A stretch of DNA of 32,000 nucleotides from Yersinia phage vB_YpM_6. The stretch lies in sequence record MT374854.1. The stretch is one strand, 5' to 3'. The translations under genes and the position numbers were made by a program. Below the pieces are notes generated by a model. It was not told where the DNA came from and ran no database searches. It was given only the letters and a program-made list of their open reading frames with translations. Below, one piece after another: positions 8,112-16,145 of the stretch. Every line of letters starts with the position of its first letter. Position 1 is the stretch's first letter.

Positions 8112-8381
8112 ATGGCAAAAGTTATCTTTGAGTTTACATGGCTGGAAAGTAGTGACGGTTGCAATGGGCGCAGAGAAGTTCTGGATGCAAAAGCATGTCT
8201 TGCAGATATCTCGCCAACGGAAAATATCGGGCCTCATGATTTACTGGCAAATATCGTCCTGACTATGGCTCCTGAAATTATTAAAAAGGCCAAAGATGAG
8301 ATGCTGACCACTATGAAGAAAGTGGGTATGGAAGCTGAATGTGATTTAGTACCACATCCGGTGAATGCGGTTAAACATTAA
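8112..8381 (+). CDS. Hypothetical early protein
   Basis: 89 aa, AAGGAG RBS, coding direction matches the operon. Confidence 0.65.
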   Translation: MAKVIFEFTWLESSDGCNGRREVLDAKACLADISPTENIGPHDLLANIVLTMAPEIIKKAKDEMLTTMKKVGMEAECDLVPHPVNAVKH

Positions 8382-8401
8382 TTCGCAAAGGAACGCTGAC
8401 A

Positions 8402-8821
8402 ATGAACGTCAAAATCCGAAATGAAATTCAGGCATTAATCCGAATTCAGGAACGCAATAACAACGGTGGTGAATTACGCGAGTTTATTTGCGCCCGGAAA
8501 GTTGATGATTGTGGTGAAAAGACTTACCTGATTGCTTTCGACCATTACAGCATCTGTGCACGTTATTGCGGCGAAAGCATATCCCGCGCCATTGCATTTG
8601 GCGGTGCGTTCAACGTGGATTTATGGGAGTACGTCATGGACCGGGAATACATCTGCGCATCAGACCCTGAAGCCCGTGAAATGTGGCAGCGTATCTGGCG
8701 CGATTACCGGTTAATGGCAAAAGGCTGGGCGCGCTGCTGTTATTCCTCGCTTGCCCTGAAAGCGGTTCAGTTATCGCTGCGGCATATTCCGGCATCACTG
8801 CGCGAGCCTCTGCTGTACTGA
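8402..8821 (+). CDS. Hypothetical early protein
   Basis: 139 aa, good RBS (AAAGGAACG), adjacent to the next gene. Confidence 0.65.
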   Translation: MNVKIRNEIQALIRIQERNNNGGELREFICARKVDDCGEKTYLIAFDHYSICARYCGESISRAIAFGGAFNVDLWEYVMDREYICASDPEAREMWQRIWRDYRLMAKGWARCCYSSLALKAVQLSLRHIPASLREPLLY

Positions 8822-9121
8822 ATGGTGACTGACATGAAGTGTAATCGTAAGCGCTGGTCACGCGAAGACCGGGAATTTATCGAAGCCAACGTCGGGAAAA
8901 TGACCATTGAAGAAATGGCGGAAAAACTGAAAGTCGCCACAACCGCCCTCCGGGCACATGCCAGAAGGCACGGAATATCATTGTGTGTATACCGAATCAG
9001 TGAACACGACAAATATTTATGTCGTGAACTTTATAAAGAAGGACTGGATATTCATGTCATTGCCCGAAAGATGGAATTAAGCAATCGAGCTGTATCCAGC
9101 ATTGTATACAGCGGATATTAA
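8822..9121 (+). CDS. Small DNA-binding-like protein (HTH/Myb-like)
   Basis: RKRWSREDREFIEANVGKMTIEEMAEKLKVATTALRAHARRHGI resembles tandem HTH motifs of phage regulatory proteins. Confidence 0.65.
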   Translation: MVTDMKCNRKRWSREDREFIEANVGKMTIEEMAEKLKVATTALRAHARRHGISLCVYRISEHDKYLCRELYKEGLDIHVIARKMELSNRAVSSIVYSGY

Positions 9122-9140
9122 TTAACAGGAGCTTTAATTT

Positions 9141-9665
9141 ATGGCTAAACCAGCAAAACGTATCAAAAGTGCCGCAGCGGCTTATGTGCCACAAAACCGC
9201 GATGCGGTGATTACCGATATTAAACGCATCGGGGATTTACAGCGCGAAGCATCACGTCTGGAAACGGAAATGAATGATGCCATCGCGGAAATTACGGAGA
9301 AATTTGCAGCCCGGATTGCACCGATTAAAACCGATATTGAAACCCTTTCAAAAGGCGTTCAGGGATGGTGTGAAGCGAACCGCGACGAACTGACGAACGG
9401 CGGCAAAGTGAAGACGGCGAATCTTGTCACCGGTGATGTATCGTGGCGGGTCCGTCCGCCATCAGTAAGTATTCGTGGTATGGATGCAGTGATGGAAACG
9501 CTGGAGCGTCTTGGCCTGCAACGCTTTATTCGCACGAAGCAGGAAATCAACAAGGAAGCGATTTTACTGGAACCGAAAGCGGTCGCAGGCGTTGCCGGAA
9601 TTACAGTTAAATCAGGCATTGAGGATTTTTCTATTATTCCATTTGAACAGGAAGCCGGTATTTAA
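9141..9665 (+). CDS. gam: Host-nuclease inhibitor protein Gam (Mu Gam, Ku-like)
   Basis: 174 aa MAKPAKRIKSAAAAYVPQNRDAVITDIKRIGDLQREASRLETEMNDAIAEITEKFA...VSWRVRPPSVSIRG, characteristic of the Mu Gam family. Confidence 0.94.
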   Translation: MAKPAKRIKSAAAAYVPQNRDAVITDIKRIGDLQREASRLETEMNDAIAEITEKFAARIAPIKTDIETLSKGVQGWCEANRDELTNGGKVKTANLVTGDVSWRVRPPSVSIRGMDAVMETLERLGLQRFIRTKQEINKEAILLEPKAVAGVAGITVKSGIEDFSIIPFEQEAGI

Positions 9666-9763
9666 TACCACCATTAATATTTAATTAATTCACATTCTTT
9701 TAATTATGGCGCGATACGTCAGGGGATTGCTCGCGCCTGAAACAGATTACTGAGGAATAAAAC

Positions 9764-10294
9764 ATGGTTGATGCAAAAATTCTGAATGGTGTCAGCACAT
9801 TATTACGGGCTTACGGACGCCTGACCTGCGGAGTTCTGGCTGAAAAAATGAATATGCTGCCCTCGTCAATGGTGTATTTCCTGCGTGATGCGGTTGATGC
9901 CGGAGTGCTCACCGAATGCAACGGATTTTATGACGTTCCGCGCCCGCGTCCGACGCCGCCTGTAAGACGAAACGCAACTGAGCAGCCTGCTGTTGATGAT
10001 GCGGTGTGGTGCAACTGGCGTCGCTCATTACCCTGGGTGGAAGGTAATACCATCCCCGCGCTGGCAAAAGAGTTTGCGACGGGCGTGCTGACCTGTGAGT
10101 CAGTTCACATTGTTGCTGAGGTGGATAACAGAATGTGCGAACAGGGAATGCCCCGTTTTGTGATGGCTTATATCGATATCCGGCTGGGGCGTTTTATTTG
10201 CAGTTCCAGCGCCTGGAATATCACCGACCATGTACTGCGTTATCTCATTCTTGATTGTTCTCCGGCTCCCGCAGCGGTGCAGGAGGTGGCGTGA
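9764..10294 (+). CDS. Hypothetical protein with N-terminal winged-helix-like segment
   Basis: 176 aa; ILNGVSTLLRAYGRLTCGVLAEKMNMLPSSMVYFLRDAVDAGVL reads like a winged HTH; GAGGAA RBS. Confidence 0.65.
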   Translation: MVDAKILNGVSTLLRAYGRLTCGVLAEKMNMLPSSMVYFLRDAVDAGVLTECNGFYDVPRPRPTPPVRRNATEQPAVDDAVWCNWRRSLPWVEGNTIPALAKEFATGVLTCESVHIVAEVDNRMCEQGMPRFVMAYIDIRLGRFICSSSAWNITDHVLRYLILDCSPAPAAVQEVA

Positions 10295-10824
10295 TGTTTT
10301 TTAAAACGTCAAATCCCGCAGCACTGCTGGCATGGGACCAGTTTATGGCGGACTGCCTGAAACTACGCGAAGAAGCCCGCCATCTTGATAAGGTTCTGGG
10401 TTGTGGTTGCCGGTCAGTATTCAGCACAGGTATTGGTGGGCGTCATTTTCATGGCGTGAATTTTCCGGGGAATGAGCGACCTTTCTCGCCGGAGTTGTGG
10501 ACTGTACAACGCTCCGCATCAGGTAACAGTTGCAGGCCAAGAACATCGCGCATTCCTGCACATCTGCGGGAGCAGTCAAAAGAGCTGGCGAAAATATGGC
10601 AGGAGAATATTCCGGTCACTTATGCCCGTACTGACGCTCTCTTACCCGCACTGGGACTGGATTTCAGCGCAACAATATTCGGCCCGCTCCGGTGGTTCCG
10701 TGTTGGTGATGTGATTTACGTCATGACAGGGATGACTCCCGCACAGGGCCGCATGACTGAAATCCTTTCTGACGAATTTATCCGGGCGCAAAAACAGGCG
10801 GAGGTAAACAATGGAAAACAATGA
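10294..10824 (+). CDS. Hypothetical early protein
   Basis: In-frame ATG at 10294 with GGAGG RBS, overlapping the upstream TGA; 176 aa MFFKTSNPAALLAWDQFMADCLKLREEARHLDKVLGCGC. Confidence 0.65.
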   Translation: MFFKTSNPAALLAWDQFMADCLKLREEARHLDKVLGCGCRSVFSTGIGGRHFHGVNFPGNERPFSPELWTVQRSASGNSCRPRTSRIPAHLREQSKELAKIWQENIPVTYARTDALLPALGLDFSATIFGPLRWFRVGDVIYVMTGMTPAQGRMTEILSDEFIRAQKQAEVNNGKQ

Positions 10825-10993
10825 AACATCGTATTCGTGGCTGGGGAAATTTACCACGGTGAAACAGGAATGCCCGACCTGCGGTAATGAATCCCCTGAA
10901 TATCTGAAAGAGTGCCCTCATTGTGGCGGGCAGAAATGTAACCACTGCGATATGGGCGATGACACGGCGTGCATGAATTGTGAAGGTGAGTGA
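10811..10993 (+). CDS. Small zinc-finger-like protein
   Basis: 60 aa CPTCGN..CPHCGGQKCNHCDMGDDTACMNC with four CxxC motifs; overlaps the previous gene. Confidence 0.65.
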   Translation: MENNETSYSWLGKFTTVKQECPTCGNESPEYLKECPHCGGQKCNHCDMGDDTACMNCEGE

Positions 10994-10994
10994 C

Positions 10995-11303
10995 ATGAAT
11001 AATGGTGTATTTTCAAAATCAGAAGAGCTTGCCGCCCTGCTGATTGCCGGTGGTTTGCCGAAAAAAGAAGTGCATGACTTTGTGAATTTTGTATATGAGC
11101 CGTCTCATGAAAAAGCTATTGATGAGGTCATGGCGTACCGGTTTGGCATTATTGCTGAGTCACTGAGTCCTCACTGGATTATTGAAAATCTCCGCGCTAT
11201 TGCTGATGGCAACGATAAATCAGCAGCCGTTGCTGCACTGGATGTGTTACGGCAAATGAGTCTGAAATTTTATCCTGAATTTATTCTGAGGGCCGCAAAA
11301 TGA
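10995..11303 (+). CDS. Hypothetical early protein
   Basis: ATG 10995 after GGTGAG and close to the upstream stop; 102 aa MNNGVFSKSEELAALLIAGGLPKKEVHDFVNF. Confidence 0.62.
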   Translation: MNNGVFSKSEELAALLIAGGLPKKEVHDFVNFVYEPSHEKAIDEVMAYRFGIIAESLSPHWIIENLRAIADGNDKSAAVAALDVLRQMSLKFYPEFILRAAK

Positions 11304-11602
11304 ACAATGAAGATAAATTTACTCCCCTTAATATTGATAACGTCATGGCTGAAAAAGGGATGCTGGAACGTGTTCGCGCTATCGTTGAATATGGTATTAA
11401 GCATAATCTCACCGCCAGAGAAGTCCGTGACATTATCAACCGCGAAATGAATCGTCTGGAAACAGTAGTGGCACTGCAAAATGAAACAGCCCGCGAGGAG
11501 TACATCCGCCGCAGGCTGGGGTTATCAGACCAGGATATTGTTACTGACGCTCATGTGTTTGAGGCTTTTGAGATCCGTCAGCATCTGGGTCTAACGAACT
11601 GA
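11300..11602 (+). CDS. Hypothetical early protein
   Basis: 100 aa, overlaps the previous stop by 4 bp (ATGA coupling). Confidence 0.62.
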   Translation: MNNEDKFTPLNIDNVMAEKGMLERVRAIVEYGIKHNLTAREVRDIINREMNRLETVVALQNETAREEYIRRRLGLSDQDIVTDAHVFEAFEIRQHLGLTN

Positions 11603-11807
11603 TAATGTCTTCCATGATCTTTGACAGTTGCATGTTTTCGCGGCGGCTTGTTCTTATTGCAGGCGCATCTTTTAAAATCTCTGCTGAAGAGCTGAAAATG
11701 GCCTGGCCCTCTTCTGCGGTGATGATCGCCTTCTTCACCAGAAGGCGCACCAGTGCTGATGCAATCGCATAACCTGCAACATCATAAGGTTGTACATTAT
11801 TTTCCAT
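11541..11807 (-). CDS. Hypothetical protein encoded antisense within the early region
   Basis: 88 aa MENNVQPYDVAGYAIASALVRLLVKKAIITAEEGQAIF...; strong RBS GAGAGGATTTTATG on the minus strand; 3' end overlaps 11300-11602 tail to tail. Confidence 0.6.
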   Translation of the reverse strand: MENNVQPYDVAGYAIASALVRLLVKKAIITAEEGQAIFSSSAEILKDAPAIRTSRRENMQLSKIMEDIISSLDPDADGSQKPQTHERQ

Positions 11808-11876
11808 AAAATCCTCTCTGATTGATGTGTAAATTCAGGCGGTGTTGCAGCACCGCCTCTTTCCGGAGGTACGATC

Positions 11877-12428
11877 ATGAATCGCACATCCCTGATTAAA
11901 TTAATCCATGTCGCCCGTCGGGAGCTACAACTCGACGACGACACTTACCGCGCTTTTCTGATGCAGAAAACGGGCAAAATCAGTTGCCGCGAGCTGACGG
12001 TTACGCAACTGGAACAGGTGCTCGATGCCATGAAAGAACGCGGCTTTAAGAAGCTGAATAAACATCCACGTCGCCGCTTTAAGGGGCATGTCACGCCCCG
12101 CGAGAAGGTATACAAAGTCTGGCAGCAGATGGCAGAAGACGGTTTTATTACCGATGGCGGTGATGTGGCGCTGGATAAATATGTTCAGCGCCTGACGGCG
12201 AAACGTAATGGCGGACAGGGTGTTTCCACGCTGGCGTGGTGTCATGGCGACACCCTGTTGATTGTTCTCGAAACTCTCAAGCAGTGGCATATCCGCTGTA
12301 TTCGTGAAGCCTTTTCCCGTCACGGGCTTCCGTTGCCAGTCAGTCCGTCCGGGCGTGAACTGCGCGGCTATGATGCCATGACGGCGGCTTATGCCCGTGC
12401 CAGAAAGACACGGAGGATGGCACAATGA
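11877..12428 (+). CDS. Mu gp16-like regulatory protein (DUF1018-like)
   Basis: 183 aa SLIKLIHVARRELQLDDDTYRAFLMQKTGKISCRELTVTQLEQVLDAMKERGFK, typical of the gp16 family. Confidence 0.9.
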   Translation: MNRTSLIKLIHVARRELQLDDDTYRAFLMQKTGKISCRELTVTQLEQVLDAMKERGFKKLNKHPRRRFKGHVTPREKVYKVWQQMAEDGFITDGGDVALDKYVQRLTAKRNGGQGVSTLAWCHGDTLLIVLETLKQWHIRCIREAFSRHGLPLPVSPSGRELRGYDAMTAAYARARKTRRMAQ

Positions 12429-12814
12429 CGGAAGATTTATTTGGTGATTTGCAGGATGACACCATCCTGGCACATCTTGACAATCCCGCAGAGGATACGT
12501 CACGCTTTCCGGCACTGCTGGCGGAGCTGAACGATTTACTGCGCGGGGAATTGTCCCGGTTAGGTGTTGACCCGGCCCATTCACTGGAGATTGTTGTGGC
12601 TATCTGTAAGCATCTGGGCGGCGGTCAGGTCTACATTCCACGCGGTCAGGTTCTGGATTCGCTTATTCGGGATTTGCGTATCTGGAATGATTTCAACGGT
12701 CGCAATGTTCACGAACTGGCAATCCGTCATGGTGTGACATTTAACACAGTCTATAAAGCCATCCGACGAATGCGGCGTATAAAGTATCGTCAGTATTCCC
12801 CCCCTTTGTTTTAA
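12425..12814 (+). CDS. mor: Mor middle transcription activator
   Basis: 129 aa, Mor/C fold: LEIVVAICKHLGGGQVYIPRGQVLDSLIRDLRIWNDFNGRNVHELAIRHGVTFNTVYKAIRRMR. Confidence 0.92.
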   Translation: MTEDLFGDLQDDTILAHLDNPAEDTSRFPALLAELNDLLRGELSRLGVDPAHSLEIVVAICKHLGGGQVYIPRGQVLDSLIRDLRIWNDFNGRNVHELAIRHGVTFNTVYKAIRRMRRIKYRQYSPPLF

Positions 12815-12819
12815 ACAGT

Positions 12820-12844
12820 AAAGCCGGTTAATCCGGCTTTTTTT
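12820..12844 (+). terminator. Rho-independent terminator after mor
   Basis: AAAGCCGG-TTAAT-CCGGCTTT followed by TTTT. Confidence 0.85.
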
Positions 12845-12896
12845 ACGCCCTCAATATTCTGTTGTGACGATAAAACGTTCATGACAGGAGGGCAAC

Positions 12897-13457
12897 ATGC
12901 CTGAGTTTTCCCCTGCATTCCTTCATTCGCTGAATTTCGTTATACGCCCTGATGTTGAAGGTGGCTATGTTAATGATCCTGCCGACCGTGGCGGCGAAAC
13001 GAAATACGGTATTTCTGACCGTCGCGACGGCGTTATTGATGGCAAAACCGATGTTAACGGTGACGGAAAACCTGATACCCGCATTAAGGATTTAACCCGC
13101 GAGCAGGCGGCGCAGATCTACTGGCGTGATTACTGGCTGGCGGCAAAGTGTAACGAATGGCCTGATGGCGTTTCCTTATTCGTTTTTGATGCTGCCGTTC
13201 AGCACGGTGTTAAACGCGCGATTCAGATCCTCCAGGCGGCAGCAGGTGTTGATGATGATGGCATCGTCGGTAAAAACACACGCGCAGCCGTTCTGCGTGC
13301 CGATACTGACTGGCTGCTGTTGCAGTGCTTCCTGCGTCGTTCCCGCTATTACGCAGGGATTATCAAATCCAGTGCCTCGCAGGGGAAATATCTGAATGGC
13401 TGGTTTAACCGTCTGGATCTGCTCGCCAGCGCCTGTCGGGAGGTTCTGCATGGGTAA
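12897..13457 (+). CDS. N-acetylmuramidase/endolysin, glycoside hydrolase family 108-like
   Basis: 186 aa; VIRPDVEGGYVNDPADRGGETKYGIS, LTREQAAQIYWRDYW, FVFDAAVQHG, with C-terminal peptidoglycan-binding-like half. Confidence 0.88.
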   Translation: MPEFSPAFLHSLNFVIRPDVEGGYVNDPADRGGETKYGISDRRDGVIDGKTDVNGDGKPDTRIKDLTREQAAQIYWRDYWLAAKCNEWPDGVSLFVFDAAVQHGVKRAIQILQAAAGVDDDGIVGKNTRAAVLRADTDWLLLQCFLRRSRYYAGIIKSSASQGKYLNGWFNRLDLLASACREVLHG

Positions 13458-13680
13458 AGGGTGGGATGCGTCCTTTCAGTTCGGCAGGCGTGAACGTTTA
13501 CGACAGGAGGTATTACATCGGGAGGCCGGAGGCCCACCACCAAAGCCAATGGATTACACAGGGCACGATGGCACCCACGGAAGTTATTACATGAAAGGCT
13601 GGCAGTCCGTTGATATGCCAGAAATTATCCACCATTGCCGGCGTTACAGAGAAAAATACCATGTACAGAAAATTCAGTGA
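13450..13680 (+). CDS. Hypothetical small protein
   Basis: ATG 13450 overlapping the 3' end of the GH108 gene; MGKGWDASFQFGRRERLRQEVLHREAGGPPPKPMDYTGHDG. Confidence 0.55.
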   Translation: MGKGWDASFQFGRRERLRQEVLHREAGGPPPKPMDYTGHDGTHGSYYMKGWQSVDMPEIIHHCRRYREKYHVQKIQ

Positions 13681-13780
13681 TGAATGTTTCGGGCCGTCCA
13701 CGCTGATGAGTGCGATAAAAGTGATTGCCCTTGTGGTTCTGATAACCATCAGTGCCGTGGTGTATCTTTCTGTCTGTTAA
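13661..13780 (+). CDS. Very small single-TM protein, possible holin-related or leader peptide
   Basis: 39 aa MYRKFSDECFGPSTLMSAIKVIALVVLITISAVVYLSVC; not in the supplied ORF track (short). Confidence 0.45.
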   Translation: MYRKFSDECFGPSTLMSAIKVIALVVLITISAVVYLSVC

Positions 13781-13792
13781 CCGGGGGAAAAT

Positions 13793-14215
13793 ATGCAGCA
13801 TGATTTATTTGAACACGATCCGGCAATTCGCCAGTTAATCGGACATATTGATAACATCCCGGCCCCGGAACTGGAATCACGCTGGCCCCGTTCGGTGGTT
13901 GATCTGATTGATGTTCTGGAAAACGAACTGAAACGCCAGAACGTCAGCAATCCCCGTGAACTTGCCCGTAAACAGGCCGTTGCCCTGTCCTGTTTTCTGG
14001 GTGGACGGCAGTTTTACATCCCCTGCGGCGATACGATCCTGACCGCGTTACGCGACGATTTGCTTTACTGCCAGTTTAATGGTCGTAACATGGAAGAACT
14101 GCGTCGCCAGTACCGCCTGTCCCAGCCGCAGATCTACCAGATTATTGCCCGCCAGAGAAAGCTGCATACACGACGTCATCAGCCTGATCTGTTCTCACCT
14201 GAAAGCCCAAAATAA
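13793..14215 (+). CDS. C: C protein, late transcription activator (Mor family)
   Basis: 140 aa; second Mor/C paralogue: VALSCFLGGRQFYIPCGDTILTALRDDLLYCQFNGRNMEELRRQYRLSQPQIYQIIARQR. Confidence 0.92.
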   Translation: MQHDLFEHDPAIRQLIGHIDNIPAPELESRWPRSVVDLIDVLENELKRQNVSNPRELARKQAVALSCFLGGRQFYIPCGDTILTALRDDLLYCQFNGRNMEELRRQYRLSQPQIYQIIARQRKLHTRRHQPDLFSPESPK

Positions 14216-14235
14216 CCGGCATCCTGCCGGTTATT
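14211..14235. terminator. Stem-loop at the end of C
   Basis: Perfect 11 bp inverted repeat AATAACCGGCA-TCC-TGCCGGTTATT overlapping the C stop codon. Confidence 0.65.
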
Positions 14236-14280
14236 TCCTGTCACCATAATCCCGCACCTGCCACCTGATTTTTTAGACTG
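14236..14280 (+). promoter_or_regulatory. Candidate late promoter Plys
   Basis: ATAA half-site 14246-14249, exactly 19 bp, T6 run 14269-14274 and TAGACT -10 at 14274-14279; same layout as the mom promoter. Confidence 0.65.
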
Positions 14281-14306
14281 CCATCAGAGCATTTTTTCAG
14301 GGAAGC

Positions 14307-14825
14307 ATGATGGCGGGGATACCAAAAAAACTGAAAGCCACACTGCTGGCTGTAACGATTGCCGGTGGCGGTGTGGGTGGTTATCAGGAAATGACCCGTC
14401 AGTCTCTGATCCACCTGGAAAATATCGCTTATATGCCTTACCGCGATATTGGCGGTGTGCTTTCGGTCTGTGTGGGGCATACCGGGCCGGATATCGAAAT
14501 GCGCCGTTACAGCCATGCGGAGTGTATGGCTCTCCTCGACAGTGATTTAAAACCGGTTTATGCGGCAATCGATCGTCTTGTCAGGGTGCCGCTGACGCCA
14601 TATCAGAAAACGGCGCTGGCAACGTTTATTTTCAACACCGGTGTTACCGCATTCAGTAAATCAACGCTGCTGAAAAAACTCAATGCCGGTGATTACGCCG
14701 GAGCGCGTGACCAGATGGCCCGCTGGGTGTTTGCCGCAGGCCATAAATGGAAAGGACTGATGAACCGTCGCGAAGTGGAAATGGCTATCTGGAATATCAG
14801 GGGGGCGGATGACCTTCGCCAGTAA
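14307..14825 (+). CDS. lys: SAR-type phage lysozyme/endolysin (GH24)
   Basis: 172 aa; N-terminal hydrophobic SAR-like segment LLAVTIAGGGVGG; catalytic HLENIAYMPYRDIGGVLSVCVGHTG (E-8-D-5-T-like). Confidence 0.92.
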   Translation: MMAGIPKKLKATLLAVTIAGGGVGGYQEMTRQSLIHLENIAYMPYRDIGGVLSVCVGHTGPDIEMRRYSHAECMALLDSDLKPVYAAIDRLVRVPLTPYQKTALATFIFNTGVTAFSKSTLLKKLNAGDYAGARDQMARWVFAAGHKWKGLMNRREVEMAIWNIRGADDLRQ

Positions 14826-15195
14826 AAGTTTACTGCTGGCAGCCGTGTTTGCCGCCGTTCTGTCCGGGGTGTTGTGGCACAGGCTGGACAGCACCCGCCA
14901 CGATAACCAGACGCTGCGCCGTGAATTACAGACGGAGCAACAGGCCCGCAACACGGCTGAATGGTTGTTACACGGTCAGGAACAGACGATGCAGGTATTT
15001 TCCGCTATCCGTGCCGCAAATCGTGCCGCGCGGCTGGCAGATGAGACAGAACATCATGATGCAAAACAAAAAATTACAACCGCCATTACCGGTGACAATT
15101 GCAGCACTCGTCCTGTGCCTGCCGTTGCTGCTGACAGGTTGCGGGAACTCGAAAAACGCACCCGTGCCATCGGTGGTGATCCTGCCCGAAACTGA
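14809..15195 (+). CDS. i-spanin (Rz-like)
   Basis: 128 aa; N-terminal TM SLLLAAVFAAVLSGVLW, coiled-coil, downstream of the lysin. Confidence 0.8.
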   Translation: MTFASKSLLLAAVFAAVLSGVLWHRLDSTRHDNQTLRRELQTEQQARNTAEWLLHGQEQTMQVFSAIRAANRAARLADETEHHDAKQKITTAITGDNCSTRPVPAVAADRLRELEKRTRAIGGDPARN

Positions 15196-15397
15196 TGCAG
15201 AACTGACGGAAGCAACGCCCGTTCCGCCCATGCCACAGCCCCTGACGTGGGGAGCATCCCTTCTCTGGAATGCTGACCTGTTGATGGCGCTCGGGCAGTG
15301 CAACCGCGACAAGGCATCAGTCCGGGAACAGGAGACCCGAAGGAAAGAAATTTATGAACGAAGACCAGAACCGGGCGGTGGCGCTGCTGCTCGCTGA
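15056..15397 (+). CDS. o-spanin (Rz1-like lipoprotein), embedded in an alternate frame
   Basis: MMQNKKLQPPLPVTIAALVLCLPLLLTGCGNSKN lipobox LLTGC; proline-rich; overlaps Rz. Confidence 0.8.
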   Translation: MMQNKKLQPPLPVTIAALVLCLPLLLTGCGNSKNAPVPSVVILPETDAELTEATPVPPMPQPLTWGASLLWNADLLMALGQCNRDKASVREQETRRKEIYERRPEPGGGAAAR

Positions 15398-15548
15398 ACT
15401 CTGGCAGGGGGATACCCGTGATATTCCCCGCCCGGCGGCGTATGACCCGCCTGTATTGTGTGCCGGTTGCGGTCGTGAGCTGCGGCCTGATGTGCTGAGA
15501 CAGCAGCCGATGGCGAACTACTGCCACTGGTGCCGTGGAGCAGAATAA
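15354..15548 (+). CDS. Small TraR/DksA-like zinc-finger protein
   Basis: 64 aa with CAGCGRELRPDV...NYCHWC. Confidence 0.72.
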   Translation: MNEDQNRAVALLLAELWQGDTRDIPRPAAYDPPVLCAGCGRELRPDVLRQQPMANYCHWCRGAE

Positions 15549-15847
15549 TGGATTTGATTTCAGTTTTAGCGTTATGGCCTTACCTGTTGCCTGTTGTGGC
15601 CGGTGGGGCCGTCTGGGCAATGCGTCGTAGTTTTGCCAGCACTGAGCGTGTGGAGCGTCTTGAAAACCGGATGACCGAAATGGAAACCCGCTACGCCAGC
15701 ATCCCTGGCACAGAAGATGTACACGAAATGCGCCTGCGAATTGCAGAGCTGTCCGGCGATATCCGGGTGCTGTCCCAGCGGGTGCAGTCATTTTCCCATC
15801 AACTGGAGCTGCTGCTTGAAAACGCAGTAAACCGGAGTAATTCATGA
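15548..15847 (+). CDS. Mu gp25-like protein (DUF2730-like)
   Basis: N-terminal TM then coiled coil: MDLISVLALWPYLLPVVAGGAVWAMRRSFASTERVERLENRM. Confidence 0.8.
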   Translation: MDLISVLALWPYLLPVVAGGAVWAMRRSFASTERVERLENRMTEMETRYASIPGTEDVHEMRLRIAELSGDIRVLSQRVQSFSHQLELLLENAVNRSNS

Positions 15848-16134
15848 TTAACGATATTCTGACCGAAGACCGTCGTCTGGTCATCCTGCGTTCCCTGATG
15901 GACTGCAATAACGAAGCAAACGAATCCATCCTTCAGGACTGTCTGGATGCATACGGACACAACGTTTCCCGCGATGTGGTTCGCGGCCAGATTGACTGGC
16001 TGGCAGAGCAGCAACTGGTCACCGTGGAAAACCTGCGCGGCTTTTATGTCGTAACGCTGACCTCCCGAGGTCAGGATGTGGCAGAAGGTCGTGCCCGCGT
16101 TGCCGGTGTCAAGCGTCCTCGTCCCCGTGCATGA
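15844..16134 (+). CDS. Mu gp26-like winged-helix protein
   Basis: 96 aa MINDILTEDRRLVILRSLMDCNNEANESILQDCLDAYGHNVSRDVVRGQIDWLAEQQLVTVE; gene order. Confidence 0.82.
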   Translation: MINDILTEDRRLVILRSLMDCNNEANESILQDCLDAYGHNVSRDVVRGQIDWLAEQQLVTVENLRGFYVVTLTSRGQDVAEGRARVAGVKRPRPRA

Positions 16135-16145
16135 CAGGAGGCGTG

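Noticed and set aside
11925-12584. 219 aa minus-strand ORF opposite gp16/mor
   Set aside because: Lies entirely opposite well-supported gp16 and mor genes; composition is typical of a shadow ORF.
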